Shown: one piece after another, positions 38,523 through 55,684 of the stretch
How the letters are laid out: each line of letters opens with the position of its first letter
How positions within the stretch are numbered: position 1 is the stretch's first letter
NCBI RefSeq assembly: GCF_009914755.1
Contig: NC_060927.1
Source: the human T2T-CHM13v2.0 reference genome, Homo sapiens
Strand: one strand, 5' to 3'
Length of the DNA: 64,000 nt
The notes under the pieces: model-generated
Told to the model about the DNA's origin: nothing
Databases searched by the model: none
Seen by the model: the letters and a program-made list of their open reading frames with translations, nothing else
Made by a program: the position numbers and the translations under genes

Positions 38523-39821
38523 CGTGGAAATTAGAAAATATGCCCTTGAATGACTAGTGGGTCAATAAAGAAATTAAGAAGGAAATTAGAAAAAATTTTG
38601 AAACAAAATGATAATGGAAGCACAACATATTAAAACCTATGGTGTACAGCAAAAGCAGGACTAAAAGGGAAGTTTATAGCTGTAAGTGCCTACATCAAAA
38701 AAGAGGAAACACTTTATATAAACAATCTAATGACAAAGCTTAACTAGAAAAGCAACAGCAAAGCAAGCCAAAAATTAGCAGAATAAAAGAAATAATAAAG
38801 ATCTGAGCAGAAATAAATTAAAATAAAATCAATGAAATGAAAAGCTGGTTTTTTGAAAAGTTAAACAAAAATGACAAACTTTTAACCACACTAAGAAAAA
38901 AAAGAGAAAAGATATAAATAAGTAAAATCAGGAATAAAAAAGGAGGCATTACAACTGACACTGCAGAAATTTAAAGGATTATTAGTGGCTACTGTGAGCA
39001 ATGATATGCCAATAAATTGGAAAATCTCAAAGAAATGGACAAATTCCAAGACACATACAATCCATTAGATTGAACCAGGAAGAAATCCAAAACCTGAACA
39101 GAGCAATAACAAGTAACAAGATTGAAGCCATAATTATAAGTCTTCCGGTAAAGAAAAGCCCAGGACCCACTGGCTTCACTGCCAAATTCTACCAAACACT
39201 TAAAGAACTAATACAAATCCTACTTAAACTATTCCAAAAAAGTAGAGGAAGAAAGAATACTTCCACACTTATTCTAGGAGGCCAGTACTACCCTGATACC
39301 AAAACCAAAGACACATAAAAAAAAGTAGTGGTCAATATCTCTGACGAATATTGATGCAAAAATCCTGAACAAAATACTAGCAAACCAAATTCAAGAACAC
39401 ATTAGAAAAATCATTCATTATGACTAACAGGAATTTATCACTGGGATGCAAGGATGGTTCAACATACACAAATCAATCAGTGTGATACAGCATATCAACA
39501 GAATGAAGGATAAAAACCATATGATCATTTTGATTGATACTGAAAAAGCATTTGATAAAACTCAACAGTTCCTCATAATAAAAATCCTGAAAAAACTGGG
39601 GATAAAAGGAACATACCTCAACATAATAAAAACCACATACCACAGACCCACAGCTAGTATCTTACTGAATGAACAAAAACTGTAAGTCTTTTTACTAAGA
39701 TGTGGAACATGACATGGATGCCTAGTTTTACCACTGTTATTCAACACAGTACTAGAACTCCTAGTTAGAGCAATCAGAAATGAGAAAGAAAAGAAAAGAA
39801 AAGAAAAGAAAAGGGCATCCT

Positions 39822-40157
<336 letters not shown>

Positions 40158-42044
40158 TCAAATTATCCTTATTTGCAGATATGATCTTATATTTGGAAAC
40201 CCTAAAGACTCGACATAAAAACTAACAGAACTGATAAACAAACTCATTAAAGTTGCAAGATACAAAATTAAGCTACAAAAATCAGTACCATTTCTATATG
40301 CCAAGAGTAAAAAATGTGAAAAACAAATCAAGAAAGTAATCCCATTTACAATAGCCACACATAAAATTAAAGAACTAAAAATTAACCAAAGAAGTGAAAA
40401 ATCTCTATGAGAACTGTAAAACATTAATGAATGTAATTGAAGAGGACAAAAAATGGAAAAATATTACATGTTCATGAATTGGAAGAACCAATATTGTTAA
40501 AATGTCCATACTATGCCAAGCAATCTACAGATTCAATGCTACCCCTAACAAAGAACCAACTGCATTCTTCGCAGAAATAGAAAAAACAATCCTAAAATTT
40601 ATATAAAATCACCAAAGACCCAGAATAGCCAAAGCTACCCAAAGCAAAAAGAACAAAACTGGAGGAATCACATTACCTGACTTCAAATTACACTCCAGAG
40701 CTATAGTAACCAAAACAGCACGGTAGACTGGCATAAAAACAGCCACATAGACCAATGGAACAGAACAATGAACCCAGAAACAAATCCATACACCTACTAT
40801 GAATTCATTATCAACAAAGGTGCCAAGAATATACAATGGAGAAAAGACAGTATCTTCAATAAATGGTGCTTGGAAAACCGGATAACCATATGCAGAAGAA
40901 TGAAACTAGACCCCTATCTCTCACCCTATATAAAAATCAAATCAAATCAAAATGGATTAAAGACTTAAATCTAAGACCTCAACCTATGAAACTGTTCCAA
41001 TAAAACATTGGGGAAAATCTCCAGGACATTGGTCTGGGGAAAAATTTCTTGAGGAATAGCCCGCAAGCACAGGCAATCAAAGCAAAAATGAACAAATGGG
41101 ATAACATTAAGTTAAAAAGTTTCTGCATAGCAAAGGAAACAATCAACGAAGTGAAGAGACAACCTAGAGAATGGGTGAAAATATTTGCACACTGCCAGTG
41201 TGACAAAGTATTAATAACCAGAATACATAAGGAGCTCAAATGACGCTACAGAAAAAAAATCTAATAATCAAATAAAAAAATAGGCAAAAGATTTGAATAT
41301 GCATTTCTCAAAAGAAGACATACAAATGGCAACAGACATATGAAAAGGTGCTGGGAGACGTCATCCCGCCCTATTAAAATGGATTTTATACAAAAGACAG
41401 GCAATAATAAATGCTGGTGAGGATGCGGAGAAAAGGGAACCCTTGTAAACTTTTGGTGGGAATGTATAATAAATTAGTATTAATGCAACCACTATGGAGA
41501 ACAGTTTTGAGGTTCCTCAAAAAACTAAAAATAGAGCACTATATGATCCAGCAATTCCTCTGCTGGGTATACACCCAATAGAAAGGATATCAGTATATCA
41601 AAGAGATATCTGCACTTGCATGTTTGTTGTACACTGTTCATGACAGCCAAAATTTGAAGGCAACCTAAGTGTCCATCAACAGATGAGTAGATAAAGAAAA
41701 TGTGGTACCTATACACAATGGAGTGGTATTCAGCCATGAAAAAGAATGTGATCCAGTCATTTGCAGCCACCTGGATGGAACTGGAGATCATTATGTTAAG
41801 TGAAATAAGCCAGGCTCATAAAGACAAACTTCACATATTCTCACTAATTTGTGGGTTCTAAAAATCAAAACAATTGAACTTATGGAGAAATATGGCTGAT
41901 AGGGCCAGATGGAAGGGTAGAAGGAGTGTGGGGGGATGGTGGGCATGATTAACGGTTACAAAAAAAATAAAGAATAAAACCTACTATTTGATATCATGAC
42001 ACGGTGACTATAGTCAATAATAACTTATTGTATACTTAAAATAA

Positions 42045-42417
<373 letters not shown>

Positions 42418-42846
42418 CTCATTCTTCATGATGTGATTTTTATGCATTACATGCCTGTATCAAAACATTTCATGTACCCCATAAATATATACACCTACTA
42501 TGTACCCACAAAATTTGTTTTTAAATGTGGAGGATATGCATTCACCATATCCTCCAAATCCCCAATTATTTTTCCATTTTCCTTTCATTCAAAAATCTAG
42601 ACACAGACTTTGTATCTAGAACCAAGCCAGGAGTTTTGTCCCTAGTAACTCTCCTTGGCCATTAGTGCTCTGTCCATCCCTCATATTTTTATGTAATATG
42701 CTAATATTTGAATATTGAAGTCTTACAAAGTAAAGTTTTCTATGAATGACCTATCCACAAGTACATGCTATTTTAGGAATTAATTATGTTCTCCCTGGAC
42801 CCCATGAATGCCTTATGTCAAGTCCTAAAAAGATAGAAACGATATA

Positions 42847-43210
42847 CAGACAGTCAGTCCCTGACTTAAAATGGTTTGACATATGATTTTTTGGCTTTAT
42901 GATGGTATAAAAGTGATATGTATTCAGTAGAAACCAAATTTCAAGTAACCCAACCATTCCATTTTGTATTTTTCATACCGTATTCAACACATCACATGAG
43001 ATATTTAACACTTTATTATTAAATGGTCTTTGTGTTAGATGATTTTTCCACCTGTGGGTAATGTAAGTTTTCTGAGCATGTTCAAGGTAGGCTAGGCTAA
43101 GCATAATGTTCAGTAGGTTAGATGTGTTAAATGCATTTTTGGCTTATGATATTTTCAACTTGTGATGGGTTTATCAGGACATAACCCCATCATAAGTCGA
43201 GGAGCATCTG
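42847..43210 (-). mobile_element. MER47A-like TcMar-Tigger MITE
   Basis: Terminal inverted repeats cagac..gtccctgactta / taagtcgaggagcatctg, TA on both flanks, ~364 bp. Confidence 0.85.
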
Positions 43211-44421
43211 TATTTTGAAAAATATTGCTATTTATCTTTTGATATTTTAAAAGTGCATTTCTTTCTCTCGTGAATTCAAATGTACTTTCTGGGCTTAACC
43301 TCCATCTCAAGCTATCAAGATTATAAGCATCCGTTTGTTGGATAATTGTTCTTTTTATTATGTTTGACACATTTTTAATTGTTTCTATTGATTTATTCTT
43401 CTTAGCAATTGCATGTGATGATCAGAATATTTGCTATATGACCTTCCTGCTTTGTCTTCAAGTGGATGGTGTAAGTCGTGTTTCAAAGTATATTTTCAGA
43501 AATCCTTAGAATGTTGTAAAATTTGTATATGAAAAAGGATAAAGTACTTAGCAAATTAGCTCTTGTTCCCACAAAGAAACTTCAAAAATTAAAGTACATA
43601 GTGAAATAATCTTTAAAAAAAATTGAGCTAGGGATAGAAAAAATAGCAATTTGATGACCAGCAAGTGTTTATATAATGAGTTCAAAAAAATTTAGGACCA
43701 ATTTGCTGAATTAACAAAACCTGTAAGGCAAATAAGTGTTTTCCAGATGGACTGTCTCATCCATTACTGCCCACGACATTCTCTTTCTTGGCCTGGAAAG
43801 AAACAGTAGTGGAAATTCTACGTAATTCTTAAACATTGTGAAAATTGCCCAGTCAGCTTTTTAAGAAGCTACAGAGCTCTAACCACCAACAAACATTTAT
43901 AGGACTTAGAATTGGGTTTATCCAAATTTTACATAGTTGCCAACTCTAGCAAAATGAACTGAACAATGATCTATCTTTCAGAACTACGCAATTAAGTTTT
44001 TTGTACTAGAAAAATGCATCCTATTCAAGGTTCTTTTCTGGCAAAGAAAAAGTATTCACTCTTCTTTTGCATTTTTCTGAAACCCTATGACATTCTTCCC
44101 ACTTCCACCATAACACCCAACCCCTGTGCGGTTGAAAGGGCAATCTCCTTTAAACTCCCAGCACAGCCATGCCATCAGGATTTTTCATGGAAGAAGTTCA
44201 TGGGTTATTCCTGAACAATCAGCTATCTTGCAGACTAACTTCATATTTTGCTCCCAGATGCCCAGAGAATCCTCCTGGGCAGACATATCCTATGTGTTCA
44301 GATGAGAGAGATAAATGACCTCCTTAGATGGCAATATAAATTTGAAGATTGAAATTGAGAAGGAAAATCAACCCCTTCAATCTTTCTTACCAGAGACTAG
44401 AAAAAAATCGTGTGTGCTTAC

Positions 44422-44580
44422 CTGATAACAGTGAGCAACTCTTGCTATCTGTGCCACCGAATTAATCTTGAAACTGATGTGAAATGTGTCTAACTTCACA
44501 ACACCAGCTCCTTCTGATACTGTCTGACAGCACCACCCCATCAGAGATTCTTCTAGTTGTGTGCTATGGATATTCGTTTC
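44422..44580 (-). other. Candidate internal exon (159 nt) of an unidentified transcript
   Basis: Acceptor ccatctttacAG|G, donor CAG|GTAAGC; phase-0 frame open for 53 codons; non-repeat context. Confidence 0.4.
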
Positions 44581-45389
44581 CTGTAAAGATGGTTGCTTGG
44601 ATATTTTGATTTTGTGAATGCTGGGTCAACCTAATCATATTTTCCCATATAAATTGCATCCATGTGAAATTAAAATTGAACATAATTAAGAGGAATCCTT
44701 TCTGTCTGTATGTCCTATGCATCATTTATCAGGTACAGATATCTCAGGATTAAGGAATCTAAATTTAATTTCATTTTGGATGCCTAAGTAAGTCCTGGGT
44801 GAACAAGAAGGCTGGATGAGTCAACAAGAATTGCTGAATTGGCCAGGCTTACTTTGGAGAAAGAAACTTGCATCTGGCAACTGGGCAGTGATTCAGGAGA
44901 TGGCTGATGCTAAAAGAAAAAATGAAAGTATGAGGCTTACATGCTTATAATCAGCTCCTAACCTCTTTAAAAACACCCTTAATTTCCCTTGTAGTGGTTT
45001 CTTTTTCCATTCAAAGGGTTCTGGATCTTAATTTTAATTCAATTTCATCAGGAAACCAATGTAGAAAGAGTAAAAAGAAAGGCAGATGAATAGCAGAAGG
45101 AGGTTATCTCAACCTCAATCACTCATGGATGCTTCTAGCTGAAAACACCAGAAAAATCTAAGTGATGTAAACAACTAAGAGCAAATGTAAGAAGAGCTAG
45201 AATGCTAAAGTCTAAAGGCAGTTAGTGGGAAGGAGATACTTATAAATTATAAGATAATCTGAGAAGGAAAAGTTGATGGAAGGGGAAAGAGAAGAAAGTG
45301 GAGGGGACATGGGGGAAGAGCAAGAAGCGGAGGGAAACAGAAGGTAAAAATGTATGGACTCCATTACCTGATTAGAACTAGGTCCTCAG

Positions 45390-45700
45390 CTTAAGCTCAG
45401 TTACGCTATCAAAGGATGACCTCAACATCTCAGTAGCTTACAAAAACATTGATTTCTCTTTCATGCTACATATATACTCCAGGTCAACTGCCACTCAGCA
45501 GTTAATTGTCTACATTCTAGGATCTGGGTTGACTGTCTGAGAGTTCTTAATGAGGTTTTAGAGGAAAAATAGAGCATGAAAGCCACAAGATAGAAGCTCA
45601 GAAGGGACACGCTTCATTTCTGCTCACATTTTATTTGTCAAAGCAAGTCACATGGCCAAACCTGATGTTAATGGGGTGGGAATGTATATTTTGAATGATA
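45390..45700 (-). mobile_element. Ancient MLT1-type LTR remnant
   Basis: atctcagtagcttacaaa...catttctgctcacattttatttgtcaaagcaagtcacatggccaaacctga. Confidence 0.55.
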
Positions 45701-45784
45701 TGTAATTATCCAATAATAATGTAATAATTAAAACATATGTTTTAATCTTCACATCAAGTAAAGATGGCTATGATTTTCCCATGC

Positions 45785-46092
45785 TTAGGAGTATTGGTTA
45801 GAGTGTTTTGCAGAATGTCCTTCAGTTTGTTTTCTTCTGATACTTTTCTCATAAGACTGGGATTATGGGGTTTTTTGGGGAGAAGGGAGAAAAATGCCAT
45901 TCTCATCACATGATATCAAGAATATATGCTATTAACATGAGCATCATTGTTAATCTTAAACTTGGGGTCAGGCTTGTCAGTTTTCTCCACTGTAGTTACT
46001 TGTTTTTCCTTCTTTCTATACTATACTCTTTGGAAGGAAGTCACTATGCACAATTCACACTTCAGAAGTGAGGAGTTATGCTTCACTTCTTT
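45785..46092 (-). mobile_element. L1MC-type 3' fragment
   Basis: ttttgcagaatgtccttcagtttg...ggaaggaagtcactatgcac...gaggagttatgcttcac. Confidence 0.65.
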
Positions 46093-49000
46093 AAAAGTAT
46101 TTCCCCAATTTTATAGGTGAGGAATTGGAAGTTTAGGGAGCTTAAGCCCAAGACAGCATACTTACTTAGTAGCATCAAGACTGATACCCAAGTCTGTCTG
46201 ACATATAAAACTATTCTTTCTTCAATATTCCACAAAAAGTACTCCTACTCCTCTAAGAACAGGAAAGTGCTAAGAAAAACAGAAGGATGTATTTATTGGC
46301 TGTTTTACTGAAGCATGTTGAGAAACATGCCCTTGATATTTCAGACATTCAGATAATGGTTCCTTAACTTGCTCCTCACTAGCATGGTGACTGGAGAGCT
46401 ATAAAGCTCCCTCACGTTTGTAACACTATCCAGTCACTGTCCTGACATGGCCTAACTATATACTAGACTGTCTTTCTATAATCATGTCCTGACTCCATTC
46501 TAATCAGTAAGCCATCTTTCAAAAGAGAAACTAACTTCTTAGAGCACTGTGAGGGGAGAGCAGAAAATGAAAGTGATATTATCTGCACATCTTGTGGCCA
46601 GGAGATAGCTTCTAAGCAGTGTTTTCATGAAGAGAATTATAAATCCAGATATGCCTAATAAAGAAAGACATGTTCTTGACACAGAAAAAGCTCTAGACAA
46701 ATAGGAGAACTGTCACCAAGACTGAGAAGTACAGCAACAGGATGGTCTATGTCTGTTGGTCGAAAATTCTGAGGGTTTTCCTTCTTGTCAGGGAGATTCA
46801 ATGTTGACATTTAAAGTATGTGCCAAGTCCTGTGTCCAGTTTTCTTTTGAAGTGTCATTGACAGTGCAGTTCAAAGACAGAAATGAACATCAGATAGCAC
46901 TGAGTCGTGTTTTCTGAACTAGAATCTAATCTCTCTTCTGAAAAAAAAACTAAGTTATAGAATGTATAAAGATAAAACAGAGTTTATGAATATTCTACAT
47001 ATTTCATATGAAGAAAAGTCTTTTCTCTGTCCATTTTTATACAGAGAATAGAGACTAGTTGGTTTCTAAGTCACATGTACATACTATATATTTAATTGTA
47101 ATTGTATGATACACAAACATTATTAGTTGAAATATCCTGATGTACAATTATTTTTAAGTAGATTGAGCTCTTGGCTGGCAGTCAGAAAGTTGAATTTTTC
47201 ACTTCTATTTCTCATAATGTGCAGATATATTTTCAGAAATTTTCTCCAATTGCTGAGATTATCTGGACTATTTGAATTTGCTATTGTAAATCACGTACAA
47301 GGATTAAGCTTTTAGGACAAGAACTGTTTTCTTTCCCACTGTGCCTCAACACTTAGTTTATCATAGAATACTATAGATACTTAATAAATGTATGTTAAAT
47401 AATACATACCAAAACACTGTATACACGCAGTAAATGTTTCTTAAATATCGAATGAATGCTCTCAAGAAAGAAGCATTGAGTGAATTTAAGACAGTCATAA
47501 AATGCACAGCTACATCTAAAATAAAAGACCACGTCTAAAGTCAATGCTCATTATTATCCTTCAGTTCAGAATAAAGCTTTTTAAAAAATGAGAACAAGTT
47601 TAATAAAGTCTGTATCACATAACATGCGTGATAGCACATTTCTTCCAAATATATTGATCGAAGGCAAGATTTCCAATGGTGAATATTGATAATTGACTTC
47701 TAGGCTGTCTCTGCAGGGGCTCACAAAACTTGCTGACCAGCAGGCTGCTATTCATATGAACAGAAAGTAATTTTCCTTTTGATAAGTCAAAAAGATTATA
47801 TGTTCTTTACATTAAATAACAAAATTGATTGAAAATTAATATTTAATGCTGGTGACAGTATGTTGAGAGAGTTACTCTTCTCTAACACTGGTGTAAGACT
47901 ATTTTGGTACAACTTTTCTGGAAACTAATTTGGGACTATACACAAAGAGGCTCAAAGAATTTATAGCTTTTTACAAAAGAAAACAAAGAATTCTACTTCT
48001 AGGTATTCATCTAAAATTAAAATCAGAGATTTTTTTTCAGAGATTACTGGATATAAAGATGTTTGCTATGTGATAATACTTAAACCTTTGAAACAACTTC
48101 AGTGGTTATTAGAGGACTGCCTAAGTAAACTAAGAAATATTCACTCAACAAAGTATTATTCATCCCCTTAAAATAAAGCGTCTATAAAGGAAGAGCCTTA
48201 TCCAATTCTCCTTTGATGGGTACCTAGGTTAATTCCATGTTTTTGCTATTGTGAATAGTGTTGCGATGAACATATGAGTGTTCTTTTGGATGGATACACA
48301 GTAACGGGATTTCTAGGTTGAATGGTAGTTCTGTCTTAAGTCCCTTGAGAAATCGCCAAATTGCTTTCCACAGTGGCTGAACTAATTTAAATTCCCACCA
48401 ACAGTGGATAAGTGTTTCCTTTTATCCATGTCTATTGTTTTTTGATTTTTAATAACAGCCATTCTGACTGGTTGTTAGAATGATTTCTCATTGTGGTTTT
48501 GATTTATTACTCTGATGATTAGTGAGGTGGAGCATTTTTTTCATATGTTTTTTGGCCACTTGTATATCTCCTATTGAGAAGTGTCTGTTCATGTCTTGCC
48601 TATTTTTAATGGAGTTATTTATTTTTGCTTGTTGAATTCTTTTAGTATAGATTCTGGATATTAGACTTTTGTCAGATGCATAATTTGTGAATATTTTCTC
48701 CCATTTTTTAGGCTATTTATTCTGTTGATAGTTTCTTTTGCTGTGCAGAAGTACTTTAGTTTACTTAGGTCTCACTTTTCTGTTTTTGTTTTTGTTGAAA
48801 ATTGCTTTTGAGAACTAAGTCATAAATTCTTTACCAAGACCAATGTCCAAAATGATGTCTCCTAGATTTTCTTCTAGGATTCTTAGAGTTTGAAGTCTTA
48901 CATTTACGTCTTTAATTCATTTTGAGTTAATTTTTGTATATGGTGAAAGGTAGGAGTCCAGCTGCATTCTTCTTCATATGGCTAGCTATCCCAGTACTGT

Positions 49001-49350
49001 TTATTGAACACAAAATCCTTTCCCCATTGTTTATTTTTGTTAGCTTTGTCAAAGATAAGATGGCTGTAGGTGTGGAGCTCTATTTCTGGGTTTATATTCT
49101 GTCCCATTGGGTTATGAGTCTGTTTTTGTACTAGTACCATGCTGTTTTGGTTACTGTTGTCTTACAGTATAGTTTGAGAATGGGTAATATGTAGCTTTAT
49201 TCTTTTGGCCTACAATTGCTTCAGCTATTCTGCTTTGTTTTGGTTCTATATAAACATTAGAATCTTTTTGAGGTCTGTGTTAAATTACGTTGGTAGCTTG
49301 ATAGGAATAGCATGGAATCTGTAAATTGCTTTGGGCAGTATGGTCATTTT

Positions 49351-51158
<1,808 letters not shown>

Positions 51159-51294
51159 AATGATATTGATCCTTTCAAACCAAAAGCATGGAAGGATTTT
51201 CCCATTTGTTTGTGTCATTTGTGATTTCTTTCAGCAGTGTTTTGTAGTTCTCCTTGTAGAGATCTTTCACCTCTTTGGTTAGATGTATTCCTAG

Positions 51295-51297
<3 letters not shown>

Positions 51298-51338
<41 letters not shown>
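51298..51338 (+). repeat. (GT)~20 microsatellite
   Basis: Uninterrupted gt run. Confidence 0.97.
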
Positions 51339-51340
<2 letters not shown>

Positions 51341-52649
51341 TTGCGGCTATTATAAATGGCATTGTGTTCTTGATTTGGCCCTTGGCTTGAACATTATTGG
51401 TATGTAGAAATGCTACTGATTTCTGGACATTGATTTTGTATCCTGAAACTTTACTGAAGTTGTTTATCAGTTCCAGGAGCTTTCTTGTGGAGTGTTTAGG
51501 GTTTGCTAGATATAGAATCACATTGTCAGTGAAGACAGATAGTTGGCATCCTTTTTTACATTTGGATGCCTTTTATTTCTTTCTCTTACCTGATTGTCCT
51601 GGCTAGGACTTCCTTAATTTTTTAATGATAATATTAATTTTTGAATTCAGTGTATTTTATATCAAATTATACATGGTCTTAATGTAGAGTGTCAAATTGT
51701 TGCACAAGGCTTAGAGAAAAATAGAATTCCGAATACCTCTTTCCAATTTTTGTTCCTTAGAGGCAGCTACTTTCAGCTCTTTCAACTAATTTTATGATAT
51801 TTGCCCCCCATATTTCCACCAATCTAAAAACAAAAAGCAAACAAATTTGCGTTTTTATTTTTAGGCCTCATGTATTGACTTCCTACCATAGAAAAGTATA
51901 CTTTAGCTTTCATTTTTACTACCTATATCCCAAACATAAACACACACCCCCTTATTCTTTCTCCTTTCTTCCCAACAGAGCTTTACTATAATTTTAGTTA
52001 TACCACTATAGTGTTTATAGTGTTATGACCATATAAACACTAGACAGAGTTGAGTCAGGTTGGGTACAATTATTATTTTTCCTTTTCTGAACAGATTTTG
52101 GTTTCCTTAATTGTCAATTTTTTTTTCATTTTAAGGTATTACTATTATTGCTGTTTATTCTTAGTTTCCTATATAATTGTCATTCTTTTATTGATGATCA
52201 CTTCCTCAGTTGTGAAAATCTTCTTTCAATGCACTGATACACATTCAATGTCAACTTCATCATAAGGAAAGTGTCCCAGCACTCTTCTGACTTGTCCACA
52301 TCAGAACTGGTTGAGGATTAGCTGTTGTTTTAAAGTCTCCTTCCACCATTGTCTTGGGGATTCTCTTTCCATATTTAATATGGGATTTCCTTTTACCTGA
52401 TTCCATGTATTCTTCTCTCTTGGCTTACTTCTTTGTTTTGATAGAACACAGCTTCCTGATAAAGTGTACATAGGATATAAAATTTTTGAGACTGTGTATA
52501 TCTAAAATATTTTTATTTTACTCTCATACATAACTGATAGTTGTCTGGAAATAGAATACTAGACTAGAAATCATGTGCCCTCACAATTTTGAAGGCTTTG
52601 ACCTATTGCCTTCTACCCTCCAGAGCTACTAATTAAAGTCTGAATGACA

Positions 52650-52900
52650 ATGCCTAACATTTTCTCAGCACTGTATGTCAGTCACACTTCTATATGTATT
52701 TATGTTTTTCATCTCACTTAATCCTAACAACAACCCTGTCAGGTAGGCACTACTTTTTATCCCCATTTTACAAATGAGAAAGGTGTGACACAGGGTTGCA
52801 GTAACTTCCTCAGGGTTATAGGTCTAGTAATTACAGAATTAGAATCCAGGTGAGCTGGGTTGAGAGCTCGTGCTGTTAACCTTCATGCTTTACTGCCATA
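52650..52900 (-). mobile_element. MIR SINE
   Basis: ctcacttaatcctaacaacaaccctgtcaggtagg...atccccattttacaaatgagaaa. Confidence 0.8.
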
Positions 52901-53437
52901 TTGATTATCGATCCTTTCAATAAAACATGAACTTTTTATCTGGGTATTTTTATTACTTTTTATATTTTGCATTCAGTATTCTGAAATTTCACAATACTAT
53001 GTCTTGTGACGAGTCTTTTATCACTCATTTTTATGAACACAGTGGGCTATTTCAATTTGGAAACACTGTGCTCCAGTTCTGGAAACAGTTTTTAAATTAT
53101 TTCTGTGTTATTTTCCTTCTTTCCATTTTCTCTGTTCCCTGCTGCTAGATTTTATGGACTGTTCCCACTAATTTTCCTATGGTTTTCTTGCTCGGTTTTC
53201 TATAGCCCTGCCTTCTTGCTTCACTTTCTGTAAGCTTTCCTCAAATTTGTCTCCCAAATTTTCTAATAAATTTTTTGCTTCTGCTATCTTGTTTTAATAT
53301 CTAAGATGTATAACATGTATAACAGCTCTTCTTTTTCTCCTCTGAAAGTACTTCTTTAAATCATTGTTTTCCCCCCCAAAGGTTTATTATCTTCTCATAG
53401 CACATGCATATACCTTATATATTCATATTCACATTAA

Positions 53438-53772
<335 letters not shown>

Positions 53773-55175
53773 CCAACTTACTGTTTCATGTTCACTTGTA
53801 TTTTACCTGTGTATTGTCTGGTGGCCACAGGCTATTTGCATTAGAATGTTAACTGGAAGCTTTGAGCAAGTAGGTGGAGCTTATTGACTGGGTGTCTGTG
53901 TAGTGAAATGGCTGGGCTTCTTCACTGAGGAATCTGTGATGTCAGCATCTCTTGATTTTTTTTTCTCTTCGGCTAGGCTGATTTGTGAGATATAAGTGTT
54001 CCCGCCCCCTGCCTGAAGGAGAAGATTCTGGCTACCACCATTTTGGAAGCAGGGAAAGAAGGAGTGAGCACACAGTATAAACATGGAACTGAATTTCCCT
54101 GCTTTTGACATGTACTCATGCCCTTATATGCACTGCTGTCTCCCATTTGCAGGAGCCTCTGTTTCTCCCTACCCCCCAAATCTCCAGTATCCTACTGGGT
54201 GAGGGCAGGCAGGGAGGCCTGGGCGAAGGGAGTGGGGAGCAAGTCCCTTCACATGTGAAGCAGAATTCCAGATCTGGCACTTGATCTGCTGCTTTAACAA
54301 CAGAAACCATTTCTCCAGTTTTTTGTTCTTTTCCTCTAGTACTTGCCCTCATTCTAAATGTTATTTTCCTTTTCCAAGACAACCTGCCTTGTTTATCTGA
54401 TCCAAAGTATAACTGCAAACTCAGATTCTCACAGCTAGAAAGACAAATTAAAAGGTCATCTATTTCCAAATCAGAATTTTTCAGATGAAAAAAGTGCAGG
54501 CTAAGACAGTTTCCTTGTCCTGGGGTAATAAAATTAGTCATATGCAATGATGTAAGATATAAAAAAACAGTTTCAGATTTTAACTTGATACCTTTTCCGT
54601 TGTAAGACTCTCCTGTTTCTCTGTGTTTTGTTCATCATAAATTTCTAGGTCATTACCTACTTTGCCAAATTAGATTGCTTTCAGAAATACCTCTTAAGTC
54701 GTAGGTGATTTCTGTGGCACCAGTGGATTTCATAGGTTAATTTGACCTATGAAATCCTATAAATCTCCATTTGATAACCCATTATCAAGCAAGTAACTCA
54801 ATATTTTAAGTGAGAAAAGGAAAGGTCAGCTGAGACCATTCAAATTATATCTTCTTACACAAATTGTTTCTTTTGGGGGAAAACACAACAAAAGAAATTC
54901 CTACATTGCAGTGAATGATTTGGTTTTGTAAAATTGACAATATGCCTCATGACTCATGTTTCCTTTTGTGCTGGGCCTTCTAGGAAGCTCAGAACCAAAC
55001 AGCAATCCCTAGCAAGGAACTTTCAGCTGTGTTTTTTGTAATAACATTACTTTCCAACTTCATGTTTTTTTCCTACCTTCATTCTCCTTTTCAATCCATT
55101 TCTTTAATCCATTGTATATCATTTTTATTGACATTGTTTCACAAACCATTTCAAAATTTTATTTGAATAAAGCAT

Positions 55176-55572
55176 TGTATTAATCCATATTGCATTGCTA
55201 TAAAGAAATTCCTGAGGCTGGGTAATTTATAAAGAAAGGAGGTTTATTTGGCTCACACTTCTGCAGTCTGTACCAAGGCATAATGCCAGCTTCTGCTTCT
55301 GGTGAGGGCCTCAGAAAGCTTACAATCATGGCAGAAGGGGAAAGGGGAGCAGGGCATATCACATGATGACAGAAGTAGAGAGAGAGAGATTCAGGCTCTT
55401 TTAAACAACCAGCTCTCAGGTGAACGAATAGATCAATGACTCACTCATTTCCATGCAAGGGGGCACTCATGAGGGATCTGTCCCCATGACCCGAATACTT
55501 TCTACAAGTCCCCACCTCCAACACTGGGAACACATTTCAACCTGAGATTTGGAGGGGACAAACATCCTATCA
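55176..55572 (-). mobile_element. MSTB-like solo LTR
   Basis: tgtattaatcc...gcattgctataaagaaattcctgaggctgggtaattt...ggacaaacatcctatca; flanks agcat/ggcat. Confidence 0.9.
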
Positions 55573-55684
55573 GGCATTATGTAAACAAAAAAGTAAAACA
55601 GTGTCATATGCTTTGTTCAATCACCTGTTGGTATAAATATATACCTTTTTTTTTTTTTTTTTTTTAAAAAAACTTGCTCCATTG

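Noticed and set aside
54116-54547. 143-aa minus-strand ORF
   Set aside because: No recognisable homology; partly overlaps probable decayed L1M-derived sequence
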